A stretch of 64,000 bases of DNA from Catajapyx aquilonaris (taxonomy: Eukaryota): the NCBI GenBank assembly GCA_000934665.2, contig JYFJ02000973.1, positions 1-64,000 on the forward strand. The letters are read 5' to 3'. Under the pieces are notes generated by a model that was given only the letters and a program-made list of their open reading frames with translations, ran no database searches and was not told where the DNA came from. Shown piece by piece: positions 36,851 through 49,500 of the stretch. Both the position numbers and the translations under genes were made by a program. The stretch's first letter is position 1. Each line of letters begins with the position of its first letter.

Positions 36851-39800
36851 CTGTTTAGAACAAAATAATAATTATGGAAGAGATGTCAGTTATCATTGAA
36901 GCTTTCATATGAACAAAATTGAAGGGGGAAAAAAATGTGCAATTGTTTACTTCCAGCAACTTCATAAGGAAAAACGTCGCATAATGTGGACATGATCATA
37001 CATGCAATGCGACGTACCGTGCATGGCAGGGCCACAAGACTGGTGCGACGTTTTTCCCCCCCTTGTTGCTGGAGTGAACAATAGACTTTTGAGCAGCACT
37101 GTACATGTACTGCTTCCAAAGCAAAAAAGTTCTACCCACATGCACTTTTATCAAGAGGAAATTTCAGAGCAAGGACATCTCAGCCTTCCAGCACAATGAG
37201 CTACTGTTTTGCATCCAGTCAAATGAATAATATCGTACGTGCACTGTAACGTCTATAATTTTGGGGGTCCAGAATTTAAAAATGTGCCTTATATATCAAC
37301 GTTATATATAGTTACTAGACTGACGCAAAAATATTGGTGAGTGTAAAAAAAACAAACATGTCATTGTTCAGTCAGATAATGAGGAGTCATCAAGTCTGGG
37401 TGAGGCAATTGATGAGTTTTCCGGGTATCGCACTTATCTATAAATTGTCTAAGTACAGTGTACTTTCAGATCCATATTTTCCCAGGCAGGAAAAAAAACA
37501 ACGTATACGCATGATTGCATGATATCATCATAAAATGTCATGCTACAGAAATGTCCTAATAACTTTGCACCACTTTGCACGAAGCGAAATTTGACACCAT
37601 AAGCACCTTTGCTTTGTAGTGAGAAAAATAGAGTTGATATTGAATTTTTAGAGGCATCGATTTAAATGTTCGAGACATGCACTGTACTGATCGATAGATA
37701 AGCAAGTTGTTCATGATTCATGAATTGCTTCATCTTGTGAATAATTCACACTTCCATTGATTCATCTTGTAGTGTCACAACGAACACCCACTATCACTAC
37801 ATCTCCATATATGACTATCTAGTTATTAACGTTACAGCAGATTGGCTCTCCCAGATTTCGACCCTATTAAATGAACGTCTGAGCTAAAAGATCAAAGCAA
37901 CTGACTTTGTAAGAATGCGAGTTGGTTATAGACCAGTACCCAAGAGATTGCTGTAATTGGCGAAAGAATGTCTATGCCAATCCCTTTTTCACAAAGCAAA
38001 AATCTTTGCCGGTAAATTCCTTTGGTTCATATCGGTACCTTTGAACCTTTCCTATATAGTGACGCTGGAATATTGCAAGCTAATAATAATATCCGAGCTA
38101 CGTTGATATCAAGCGGAGATGGGGAAACCTGTCATGTGCAGGAAAATAAGTCATGTAGTATTACATATATCACTGACTGTTATCGCACCTTATATATACT
38201 CAGTGCACACAAGGAAAAAAGTCAGGCCTGATAAAATTATGAGACATACCTAAGGGAACTCCTGGCCGCTAATAAAGTTTCCCCTGACACTTGATATAAA
38301 AGTAAGTAAAACAATGGCATACGCAATCTAGAACGAAGTACAATGATGACCTGACTGATACAATGGTGTGAACAACAAAAAAAAAAAGGTATACCGCATA
38401 ATGATGTGTGAGACGCGGAAAAGGGTGGTTCTCGCTAGCACAATGACTTTTGGAAAATGTTGGGCATGCAACGTTACATAACTTCCCTCAGAGCATTTTG
38501 AAACATTGCTATACAAATCCTCACATTTCTACAATTTATGCATTAGTGCAAATGGTAAAAAAGATGTACCGGTACTCACATCTAACAACTCGGCATAAAA
38601 GCAGAGAAATAATGATGGCATTATGCTGTGCGTCAAGTATCAGTGTAATTATGATTATCCTGCAAAATGTAAATTTTCAATACAAATTGACATTCATTGC
38701 ACAACCATATTGATATCAACAAAATCATTTCCAAAATACAAATTCACAGCCTTCTGCCAGTCACACATTCCACTTGGTACTGATAATTCATTGCAAAGCA
38801 AAGGTAAAAATGTGATGAACTGAAGCAAATAATTCTTACAGTAACTAAATCCAAGCCGTTACTGGTAAAGAGTCATTAATGCAACCCACCGCACACCACA
38901 TGCCCATAGCAAAAGTCACACCGGAAAAAAAAACAAAACAAGTTGAGTAACCTTTCGAGATGCAGCAGAGATCTAATCACGTACAGTAAATTTAGAACCG
39001 TTGGTTCAATACTTAGCATGCGGACCACTTCTTTCACTCTAAAAAAAAAGAAAAGAAATATGCACCATCTGTACCTTTTCGTGTAAAGGGTGGCATGTCC
39101 TCCCCTTACATTCTTGCTCTGATTTCCTGCACATTGATTCAGTATTGATTACTCTCTAGGTACGTCAGTTGCTAAAAAATCACCACAACACAACCTCCAC
39201 AAAAACTCGGCACATGCCAAGTAACGGACAAGTGCGGCAAATGTGTTACAAGGTTTTGCACAACTGCCTTACCCTGCACTGTCGGCGCGGTGCAAATATG
39301 CAGAACCTGTAAAATTGCAAATGGTGTAGGTTCTGCATAACTTCACAATTCACGCTCGCATGGAGTCAAACCTGCCAACAGCTACACTCGAATTGTCAGT
39401 ACTTCACTATTACACGCAGATGATATTAAATGCATTTTAGTCGCACCACAGAAACTTTTCTTAAGACACAACTCTAATATTTTACTGTGCAGTACATTGT
39501 AATGTAATGAGGACCTCCTCATTATTTGCTGAGTACTCCTTAGGCTCATAGGGAAATATGCCGTGACGACAACAACGACAGTACATCGCAAAAGTTAAAC
39601 AGTACGTCACTTGACCTTGTTACGTCACATTGCGGTATTTCAGTTATATCAATATTGCCTATCCAATTCTAATATAACAAAATGATACATGTGGAAATCA
39701 TTGAGTGCATTTGTATTTGTTGTTCCTATCACACATCTGTCACCTAAGTTAATCAATGTATCACGATTTTAAAAACTGTGACGTCAATACCCATGATTAC

Positions 39801-39885
39801 TCCCATTTTACGCATGACAACCCAAATAGTTGCAATTCAATGGTTTTGAAACGTGACAGGACATACGTTTGAAGACTTATCTTAC

Positions 39886-39908
39886 CTGATCCCATTTTTT
39901 TCTAACAT
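39886..39908 (-). CDS. UAP1: Predicted start-codon-containing UAP1 exon (MLEKNGIR)
   Basis: ATG at 39908 follows an in-frame stop. The exon ends AG|gtaag in phase 2, which matches the phase needed by exon 36850-36777. Confidence 0.45.
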
Positions 39909-40914
39909 TTCTCAATCGTTCCAGTGGAAAACTCACATCGTAAAGTGCTTATCCAGGACTGAATTACACAACAGCTGAGTTTCAACTGACGCATTTATAT
40001 GATGTGCTCTGCAAATACCATTTAATATGCTGCCACCTGGAATGCACAACAATCATGACTCACTGCGGAAAAAAATCTACATCTCATGAATCTCGCATAA
40101 TGTCCGGCTGTTGCAACGACACTTATCAAGCGTGGCATATGCCCACTTGCTCCTATCTTTGCGCCAAACATCGCACACAGACTGAGCTTGTACTGACGCT
40201 GACGGCTCTTGACAGCATATAAATGGTTTTAAATTTTTTTGCTGCATCAGGCCAGACTTGCAGATAAATTTCCACCTGCAGGAGATATAAACGTGCCCGA
40301 GTGGGCTTCGTGGCAAGTGGGTACAGCATGTGGGCATAATGGCCGACCTTCACTCAATTGCGTCAAGGCAGGCAGAAATAGACTAATTTGCAACAGATGC
40401 AACAATATTTTACAATGTCAAAAAAAAAAAAACACTGCTTCATAACGAAGATTGGCTTCAAATCAACTCTATTGCATGACGGACAAATCTAGGAAATAAG
40501 TCCTATTTTAATAATGAAAGTCAGATCGACTTCTACATTCGAGAAAAATTATTGAGGATTTGCGAATGTTAATAATAATAATAAAAAAAAAAAACGAACA
40601 AATTCAATTAACGTATGGACAACGAGAGAACGATCTGACGTCATCGTTTCTTCCATTGTTGCTTTTTGTTGACACTGTTTCACTCTTATTGTTACGTGAG
40701 GGAATTTCCATGGAAACATTGATGATGTCTCTAATTTTCCATACATTACATGCTTTTCCGCCACTGGAACCAAGAAAAAGTCCTGTAATTTCAGCACATG
40801 CAAAACCCAAAAATTAAATGCCAGTCTGATCATTTTCTGGCCATTACGTGCAAATAATTCCTGTAATTAAGCCAATAATTGTTTTACTACTGAAAAAAAA
40901 AAAATCTAAAAGGT

Positions 40915-41100
40915 GGGCCGGTTTCACCAGGAGCTCGGTATATGATAAAACCGCTGTTCTTTCGGAAAATCCATAATAAATACATAGGGCCGATTTCACC
41001 AAGAGCTGTATATGTTCTTTCAGAAACCCCCAATATGTCTGTATGGATTTTCAGAAAAACCCGCTGTTTTATCACATGCTGCTCTTGGTGAAACCCGCCC
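40915..41100. mobile_element. Degenerate MITE(s) with GGGCCG(G/A)TTTCACCA(A/G)GAGC inverted repeats
   Basis: Left-type copies at 40915 and 40987; the inverted copy GCTCTTGGTGAAACCCGCCC is at 41081-41100. No clean TSD. Confidence 0.55.
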
Positions 41101-41353
41101 TTGTTTTTGAAAGAACTGCGGTTTTATCATTTTAAAAAATAAAATAAAATAAAATACCCTGTGCTGGGCCACGTGAAGGCCCTTTAGGTGGAGGTTTTAT
41201 GATATACCGTTCTTGGCGAAAGAACGTTTCAGTTTTTCTCAGCACTGGCCGGAATTCCATCAAACGATTGACGACTCGTCCACATACGCAATAGGTAGCC
41301 ATCAGTTTTCAATGTCATCGTGAACTAAGGTGTTAACCGTATAATAATTAAAA

Positions 41354-41613
41354 TCTATATAAATAAAGGCGTTTGTGAGTCTGTCTGTCTGTCTGTCCGT
41401 CCGTCCGCCGGGAGAGGATGGAGGTTGACTACTGATGGCAGTCAAATGACGGTTGCCGTTATACAGGCGGGAGAGGTTCAAGGTGTAGGAGTAGCAGGAC
41501 CACAGATGGCATTGGTGGCCGGACACACAGAAAGACAGACACTTGGCGGGGGTACTGGCAGGTGCTTTCCCTTAATTAATTTCTTCCCGGGCAACGCCGG
41601 GTGCCGCAGCTAG
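41354..41613 (+). mobile_element. Complete non-autonomous Helitron (260 bp)
   Basis: Starts TCTATATAAATAAAGGCGTTTGTGAGT followed by a (CTGT)/(CCGT) microsatellite. Ends with the hairpin CCCGG-gcaacg-CCGGG (41586-41601) and CTAG (41610-41613). Inserted between A and T with no TSD. Confidence 0.9.
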
Positions 41614-41843
41614 TAAATTAATAAAGTAGCCGTGAACAGTTCTGCGACGTTTTATCATTACTCTTCTTAAAAGATAGCTAGATTTTTATTAAAAATTCAT
41701 GCTAAGATTAGCCAGCTTCCTACGCAATGTGTTCCAAGTACATTGGCAACCCTGTAAAGTGGACCGGTTCTGGACCAGGTCCAGTTTCCCCCACCCAGTG
41801 TGAACGACCCCTTTGGAATATATTATATTGTCACACGTGTCAC

Positions 41844-42030
41844 CTGTCACTTTATAATCAAGAGAGTGCCCTCCTCCGTGTGTCTGCTGACCTGCTTGGT
41901 TATGTCCTCCGTCCTGTGGTACCGACGCCGCATGTGACCTTGAGTAAGGGGTCAACAGCTGCAGGCGTCGCCGTCCTCCGTCGTCGTCCAGAACATGTCG
42001 AGACAACACGGGGACAGAACAAGTCGACAT
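41844..42030 (-). CDS. UAP1: Predicted distal first exon of UAP1 (possible 62-aa leader, otherwise 5' UTR)
   Basis: GC-rich exon-like block. ATG 42030 gives MSTCSVPVLSRHVLDDDGG...DYKVT-G|gtgaca, ending in phase 1, which is in frame with the 30590 acceptor. Confidence 0.4.
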
Positions 42031-42291
42031 TTACGTGGAAAAGATGGACACGCGTCCAACTTTTTCCTTCCAAGCGGACACCAAAGAAAGAAAAGAATGG
42101 ACTGTCCGCAATGGAACAAAAATCTGCCAAAAAAATTTTAAGAACCAACTTAATACTAAAATCTTTAAAAAAAAAAATTAAAACCATTTAAAAAATCGCA
42201 ACGGCCATCTTTGATCTAGTCTTTCTTGATCACCGTTGCCAACCGCACCAGTGTTGCCAACCAGCTTGGGTCGATGATCAGCTGTTCCAAG
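42031..42291. promoter_or_regulatory. Putative bidirectional promoter UAP1/TBC1D7
   Basis: 261 bp between divergent ATGs, with poly(A) tracts and GCCATCTT/AAGATGGC (YY1-like) motifs. Depends on the distal UAP1 exon being real. Confidence 0.45.
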
Positions 42292-44186
42292 ATGGCTTCG
42301 GAAGAGCGGAACTTTCGCTCGTATTACTATGAAAAGATGGGTTTTAGAGGCGTGGAGGAGAAGAAGAGCCTCGAGATACTGCTTAAGGAGAAGCCGCTCA
42401 GCAGGGCCAAGCTGGCGCAGTTCATCCTCCGCTTTCCGGTGCCTGGAATTTACAGGATAAGGCTCTGGAAAATTCTGCTAGGTAAAAGGGTTAGAATTTA
42501 GGCCAACAGAACCGGAGCATGTGCCCCTGTGTCTGTACGGGGGTGAGAGTCATCACCTAGGTGCATGTAGGACCCTGAGAGTGCCATCCATGTGTGGTAT
42601 ATGGTACTACATGGACAGTCAGCAGTGTTGCCAAGTTTCAGGTTTTCGGGCAACTTTTTTTTTTAAACATGTAATATCAGGTAATATCAAGGTAATATCA
42701 TTCTATTTTATGTTTTCAGGGATAGTGCCGGTGTATTCGGAGAGTGAGGAATTTGTGCTGCAGCAGCAGAAGGAGCAGTTTGGGGACCTGACGCATATGC
42801 TGGACGTGCTGAGGAAAGCGACTCCGGAAACACCCTTGCCGAGGAAGCTGGTTATCATGTGGCTTTTAGGACAGGGGATGATAAAGTTCAATCTTAATGC
42901 GCAGGTAATAATTATGAGTAAAACCAAGCAATTAAGTGTGGATTAGATCCTCAAAAAAAAATGTCGTTGTGTAACAGCTTGTAATAAAAAAATCTTGTAA
43001 TTAAATATCATAGCAATATTGCAGTTTACATTCAAGACCCATCATTGCTCCCGATTATCCGGGCTAATTGCTGCACGGGTGTCGCCGGATAATCTGAAAA
43101 TGGACCTTGATACCCCCCAAAAAATGAGCTGTTCAGCAGTTTTAAATTAATTACTGTACATAATATGTCCTGCTTTATAATTAATGTCGAATCAAAATAA
43201 TAAAACTTACCATATATTTCTTTAAATTTGTCCCCTAGAAAAAGTCTGCCATAATTATTTTCTTTGTGTGCAATACAATATAGACATTGTTTCGGACTTT
43301 TAGTTTTAATTTTATTTTTTGGCAATGCACAGATTAACCAAAACACGGACAATCAGGAGTACGGTGTAATCACAAAATTTGGTCATACACATTCATCATT
43401 ACAGTCTGCTCTGTCACATTTACTTAGCATGACAACCATGTTTTTGCTAACAAAATGGTCTTATGTAATTATGCAAATTCAAGTTTTGTCGACTCTTGCT
43501 GATGGATAATATTTCGTTCGTTACATTTCCAGCTGAAAGAACCGCCCAACGAGCACCTTATTGTTTTTGCTGAGTCCTTGTCCGAGATGTGTGAGTCGGA
43601 GTTTGACGCATACTGGATAGCGACAGGATTTTTCAGACTTCTGGCCAAGATGCAAGAAGGGGTATCAAAGATGGTGGAACATGCGGAGAAGGTGTTGCAA
43701 AAAGAGGACACTGCACTGTATGCACATCTGATTGAAACACATTCATTTGGAGCACTGCCATTCTTGACGTGGTTTCAACGATGTTTTGCAGGAACATTGA
43801 CAGTCTCAGCTTTGGAGAGGTAAATCGGTTGATCTCTCTCGCACATGTCCTGTTTTTTCTTTAATGCGATATTTTTGAATGCAGAATTTGGGACAAAATA
43901 GCCGGAGGATGCAGCATAATCCTGATTTATGTGGCAGTCTTCATACTCACCACGACAAGGAGAGCAATTTTGTCCTGCAAGACACCAGACCAAGTTCTGG
44001 AGTCGCTTGAAAATGTAACTTGCTTCGAATGGATCATGTACTTAAATGAAAGCTTGTTACTTTCCGTTCTAGGTGTCGGAAGAGACTGCAGAAGTGGTAG
44101 CAAGCAAAGCAATTGAATTGTGGCAGAAGCACGGAAGTCCCCAACATGTTCCGGGACTTGACTTGCAACGTTTCAATAAGCATTGA
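42292..44186 (+). CDS. TBC1D7: TBC1 domain family member 7 (TSC complex subunit), 301 aa
   Basis: Exons 42292-42481, 42720-42904, 43533-43819, 43885-44014 and 44073-44186 join in frame with GT-AG introns. The N-terminus is diagnostic ([28 protein letters not shown]...LWKILLG); also [18 protein letters not shown] and [15 protein letters not shown] at ~44213. Confidence 0.95.
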
Positions 44187-46163
44187 TAATGGGATATTTT
44201 GTATGTGATGTCAATAAAAGGCAATAGTTTGTAATAATTGTCCATGTGTGACTGTGTACAGAGGCAGAATAATGTGGATCTAAGAGTACGGCCCAGTACA
44301 TTTTAAACGCATGCCTACTTGTTGCTTTTGTACATACTGGTATTAAAATATTCTTTAATGCAAGTATTTTTATCATATTGAGATATTTTCATACTCTCTG
44401 AATCATTTGATTAAATATGAATAAATAATCCATTTTTTAAAACATGTGTACAACAACCATACTGATGCAACAAATAAGGTTTTTATGCACTAAATTGAGC
44501 TTGATACAGCCTGTTCTATGATAGCAAGGTAACACGACAAATTCCTGAGGTGAACTATTGGAGAGCAAATCCGACGGGGGCTTCTCCATCTAGTTTACTA
44601 CAGAAAAGTTAATGTGCGGAGAGTGGGCTCAGCACATAAAAGATCAAAGGACCTCCCCAAATTTCCCCCCCATCAAGACGATGCAATCACCAAACTTTTT
44701 AATACTCCGCAACTACTACAGTGCAAAAGTTGCTCTCTTTTGAAAAAGGCTGTTGATGTATGTGGTATGGTAATCAGGAAGAGGCGGCCACGGTGCTATT
44801 GAAAAGTGGAGGAAATGACACTTTTCCGTTGTGATGGTAACCCTTACGTCCATAAAAAGGGAGGGTATATAGAGGATGGGGAGAGACAAATCCATTGCGG
44901 TCTGGGCCAACTTGCTCATCTTATCCCTCCCCTTTTCCATTTCGAGTCCCAATCACGGTTCATTTTCAGTAGTGAGTGAGAGAGAACAAGGACTACTTTA
45001 TCCAGGCGTCTGGATTGGGTCGCCCCTGGAAAATAACCAAAGTTTCAGCAAGTTGAGGGAAAGGTTGGTTGGGGAAGCTTGTGGGAAGCTGGGTGAGGGA
45101 GAGAGAGAGATCGAAACGGAAATTTAATTCACACTTCGTCGCCACTTTGCCTCGTGTATTACGCTGCTATTGGAAATCTAGGGATGTGAGGGTTACAACA
45201 GAGAGAGAGAGAAAAAAATTGGATATATACGACAGGCTATGATATAGGTTGTAACCGATGGGAATGAATTTCTGACGACCTGAACCTTAACTCAATTTGT
45301 ATAGTCGCTAATTGTTGCTCTACAGTTTTTGGAAACTCTTCTCCCATTAAAAAATTTTTTTTAAAAATCCTAATTGAGCTACACTTTCGTGGTGCTGAGC
45401 ATAACCATTGTGGAAACGTGGCACTTATTTAGAACAAAGTGCAGGAAATTCTTTGTTTCACATACTCCAGCAGGTGAAAAACCAAAAAAATAAATGTTGT
45501 GTGGCATTTTACCAAATTAATTTCTTAAAAACTCTGTGTAGCCATACAGTGCTGTGGTTCAATATCTATCCTCAAAAACTTGCGAAAATATTGAGGCGAC
45601 TTAATTTTGCTCGTTTTCTTCCCCCATTTCTTTTCCAGCTCAACGAGACAAATTACCTCATTACATATCTCATACAGCGTTGTTGTTTCAAGACAAAATC
45701 AGGACGAAACCGTTGGTTTTTGGTTTTAATTAATGATTACTTTTTTTCATAAAAATTATGTCCTTTAATGGGATTCGGAGCTTCCTAATTAGCTTCCGTC
45801 CACGCTTCTTCCTTTTGCTTTATTGCCCCCCACCAAGAAAATGGTGATTTGAAATGAGCCCGAGCTGCATACCCAAGTGGGAATATTTCTCTTCTGGGAA
45901 TGGAAAGTCGCTCTTATTGTCGCAGATTAGTGGAATGAACTCTACTTGGGCGATTTTTTATATTAAAGTCACTATATATAGCTCTCGTTTGCTTCCGACC
46001 GAATTGATGTTCATTTAAACTGAGGAATCCAGCGAATATCCTGACTCACAAATATTCAACCAATAAACTTACTATACTTCCAAAGTTCGTTCAAAGAATA
46101 TTACAGAATCTATATGTAGCTTATTGAAATATTTACAAAAAAAAATTAAGGAACTCTTTTCAA

Positions 46164-46516
46164 CACTGAAAACCTCGAGTGAATTATTTTATTCACTTGC
46201 CAACTTAAAAACTGTGATAGGTGAATAATATTTACCTTCATTCATTTAATGCATAAATATAGCATTTAGTACATTTTTGAATTCGCATACTCGTATATAT
46301 GTGAGTTTAAAATTCACAGATTGGATTTTAAAAACAATGAAATTAATTAATTAATTATATTTCCTGTTATTCATTTTATCGCATCTAATACATATTTCAC
46401 AACGTATGTATAAATATATGCACTGACAAGTGAGTGCATTTTAAAATTCACATGTGCTACTCGTATATGAGAATTAAATTTTTTAAATATGAAGAATCAT
46501 ATTGAATTTTACAATG
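46164..46516 (+). mobile_element. AT-rich MITE-like element; a related copy lies in the opposite orientation at ~47870-48236
   Basis: CACTGAAAACCTCGAGTGAATTATTTTATTCACTTGCCAACTTAAAAACTGTGATAGGTGAATAATATTT matches the reverse complement of ~48150-48235. The right boundary is approximate. Confidence 0.6.
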
Positions 46517-49500
46517 CACTCAATGCGTAGCCTATATTGAACAATAATTAATCACCTAACACAGTAGTTGGAAGCTGGCAAGGGAATAAAATGATGCACT
46601 CCATATTTTTCCAGTATCATGTCATTAGCTTTTTATTATACTCTACGAAAAATTAAGCAAGCTAATATTGTTATAAGAGCTACTCACTATTTCTTCTCTA
46701 TAACTAGCAATTTAAATTTCTCTCATTTCTCATTATTTCGACAACAATATTTCGTCTGTTTGTTTGCCTTCTCCTCACATCCCATCAGCCTTGCTTCTGT
46801 TTCTTCAATAATGCAGCAACAATGCTCATCACTCAACTTCTCACTTTTACACCAAAAAATAACATGCTGTTTACCCCCCTCGCTTCCCCCCCTCCCAGTT
46901 GAAGCGCATTAGCTCCTCAGTGACCACACAACCCAGATTTAAATGCAAGGAACGTCCTGGCGTCTTATTTCCATGCATAAATTGTAAGCCACGGGGGCGA
47001 CGTCCAATCCAGAAATTGCGCCCTCGGAATAACGATAAGGTCGAAAAAGGTTTGCGAAAAAAAAGAGAGAGAGAGAAAAGAACGGAGATTGTCTCCAAAG
47101 GCTTGCCTGTTTGAGTGGAAAGTCTCCCCAGTTTGAGTATATGTTGTCGTCGAAAGAATTCGAAACATCTGCCAGTGCACTACTGTAAAAGGAGGAGAGA
47201 GAAAAAAAAGAGAGAAGCTAATGTATCGGAAATCATTGGACGTGTCGAGTTGCTGTACAACCTGTTGAGTTTTCGGTTCCTGAAGCACAAAACCTGACTA
47301 TTGGATTAGAGAATAGGCTTCCCTTCAGGGATTTTCAGAGGAGGTTATACTTCCAAAGTGCCTTTTGTTGCATAATCTTGATCTTTTTGCAAAGAATCGA
47401 ACTTTGCTTCAAGTCAGAGTCGAAAACCCTCCCACTTTCTTTCTTTCTTTTTTTTTGGCATTATTTCTTGTGGAGGAAGACGACAAGAGAGGAAATTAAT
47501 GGTGGCGGGGATCTCAAAAGCTATATTCATGATTGGTTCATATTTTAAGGGATGGGATTTATGGAGGAAGAGAGTGTTGTGTGAAAGGGGGTTGACAGCT
47601 GTGAATAATTTTCTGAGGAGGTAAGATTTATATTTAGGGAAGGATTGTGTCATTTTGCGGGTGTGTTTTTTAAAAAGTAGCTGCTGATTTTTTTTTGCAG
47701 GAAATTATTTTCAAAACATCGGTTTAAATCGTATTGAATTAACGCCAATTACCTGATCGTAGATTGAAGACCAGTAGATATTAAAAATTCGTGGCTATAG
47801 GAGCACCAAAAGTTTATTATTGACAGGATATGACACGAATAAATCGTCAATCGGTCAGTTGTGCAAAATGTGTCTGAATTTTTGCATGGAAAATATACGA
47901 ATGTATTATTGAATTCATATAAATTTTTCCACTGAATTTTTCCATGATACTTGAAGTGCATCATTTTATTCATTTGACAACTTAAAACTTAAGAGAGGTA
48001 TAATATTTAGGCTACCTTAATTCATTTTAATGTACAATTATACGCATCGACTGCATTTTAATATTCAAACATTGATTTAAAATGCGCATAATCTGAATTT
48101 AAAATGCACCCTAAGCATATACACGCGTATAATTCATACCGCCATTAAATAATTGAATAAAGGGAAATATTATTCACATGTCCCAGTTTAAAGTTGGAAA
48201 GTTAATAAAATAATTCACTGAAGATTTTTTCGGTACAATTCTTTAACAAATATCACAGTGCTGAGCAACAACTAATTTTTTTTCCCATTTACGTTTCAAA
48301 ATAATACTTAATATTGTTAGTATGCGATTATTTGGGCAAATTTCAGTGGTTATTTTGCAGAACTCTCGAGGGAATTTGCTTTAAACTCATTACTTTCGAA
48401 ACTACACATTGCGGAGTTTTACAAATAAAATCCCAAATCAAATTTTATGCAACACACTATAATTTATTGTTTATGCCATTCTGCATGTAACCTCATATAA
48501 TATTGTCCCCCTTCCACAATTTGATGGCTGGGGCTTGTTTGTTTTTGTTTATGGTACAGTGACGTTGCATTATGGACCACATCCCCTCTGGACCGAACAT
48601 TGTCGATCAACAAACAACTAAACTACAAGCCAAACCCTCCAAACTATTGTTTCACCAACTATAGCCTGCAACTATCCATCAACAAAGTAAGGTTTAACAT
48701 ATGATTGCAGTGTGACACACTTTTTTTTTGTTTAAAATAGTTTTAATACGGTAATCAGCTGGCTCGAGTAATTTAATTCACTTTAGCAGACACGTGCAAC
48801 TTATAAATTTATTCAGCTTCTCGCCAAATATGATTTAGTGCTGCGTGAATCTCAGCGTAAATTCCAACAGGAACGTGACAGACATCTAATCCCAATGTAG
48901 ACCGGAATTATTTTGGAAACAGCGTTGCGGGCTGACAAATCCTATTACGCATCACAATAACTCAGGTTTGCAGGTTCTGATAGTATTACCTTGTAGTAAC
49001 AGATACGAGTTGGCAGCAGTGATGCTCAAAAGTACAAAATTAATGCAAATCAGCTTAAAGTCGGCTAGCCAGACCCGTGTTTTAAAACATAAAAATCCAG
49101 GCTTGAAACCAGTATAACTATTACTGCAAAAATTCGAGCATAAAGTGCGACTTTTATTTTTCCAGGGATAATCGATATAGTGAAGGACCAACTGGTACGT
49201 TATTTATTCAGGGGAAAAAAAAGTGTGCAAATCTTTTGGATTATAGCCAGTATTTGCACAAAAAAATTGAGCTCATTTCCCATGGCTCATATCCAATGTA
49301 GATACAAAGTTCTAGTCCACATCACTATTAATTATCACTAGTAGCGGACTCGTTGGCAAATTTTGGCAACACTGCCCAGCCCGGCCCCTCTTGGACGTAC
49401 CGTAGTAAAAAAAATGCCAGTAACAGATGGCGCACAACTGCACACAACTGCTTAGGGGGAAAGTCGTACTACATGCACGTTGGTGATGAGTCTCCGCGCG

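Noticed and set aside
37850..38130. Exon-like stretch in a UAP1 intron
   Set aside because: All three minus-strand frames after the candidate acceptor contain stops.
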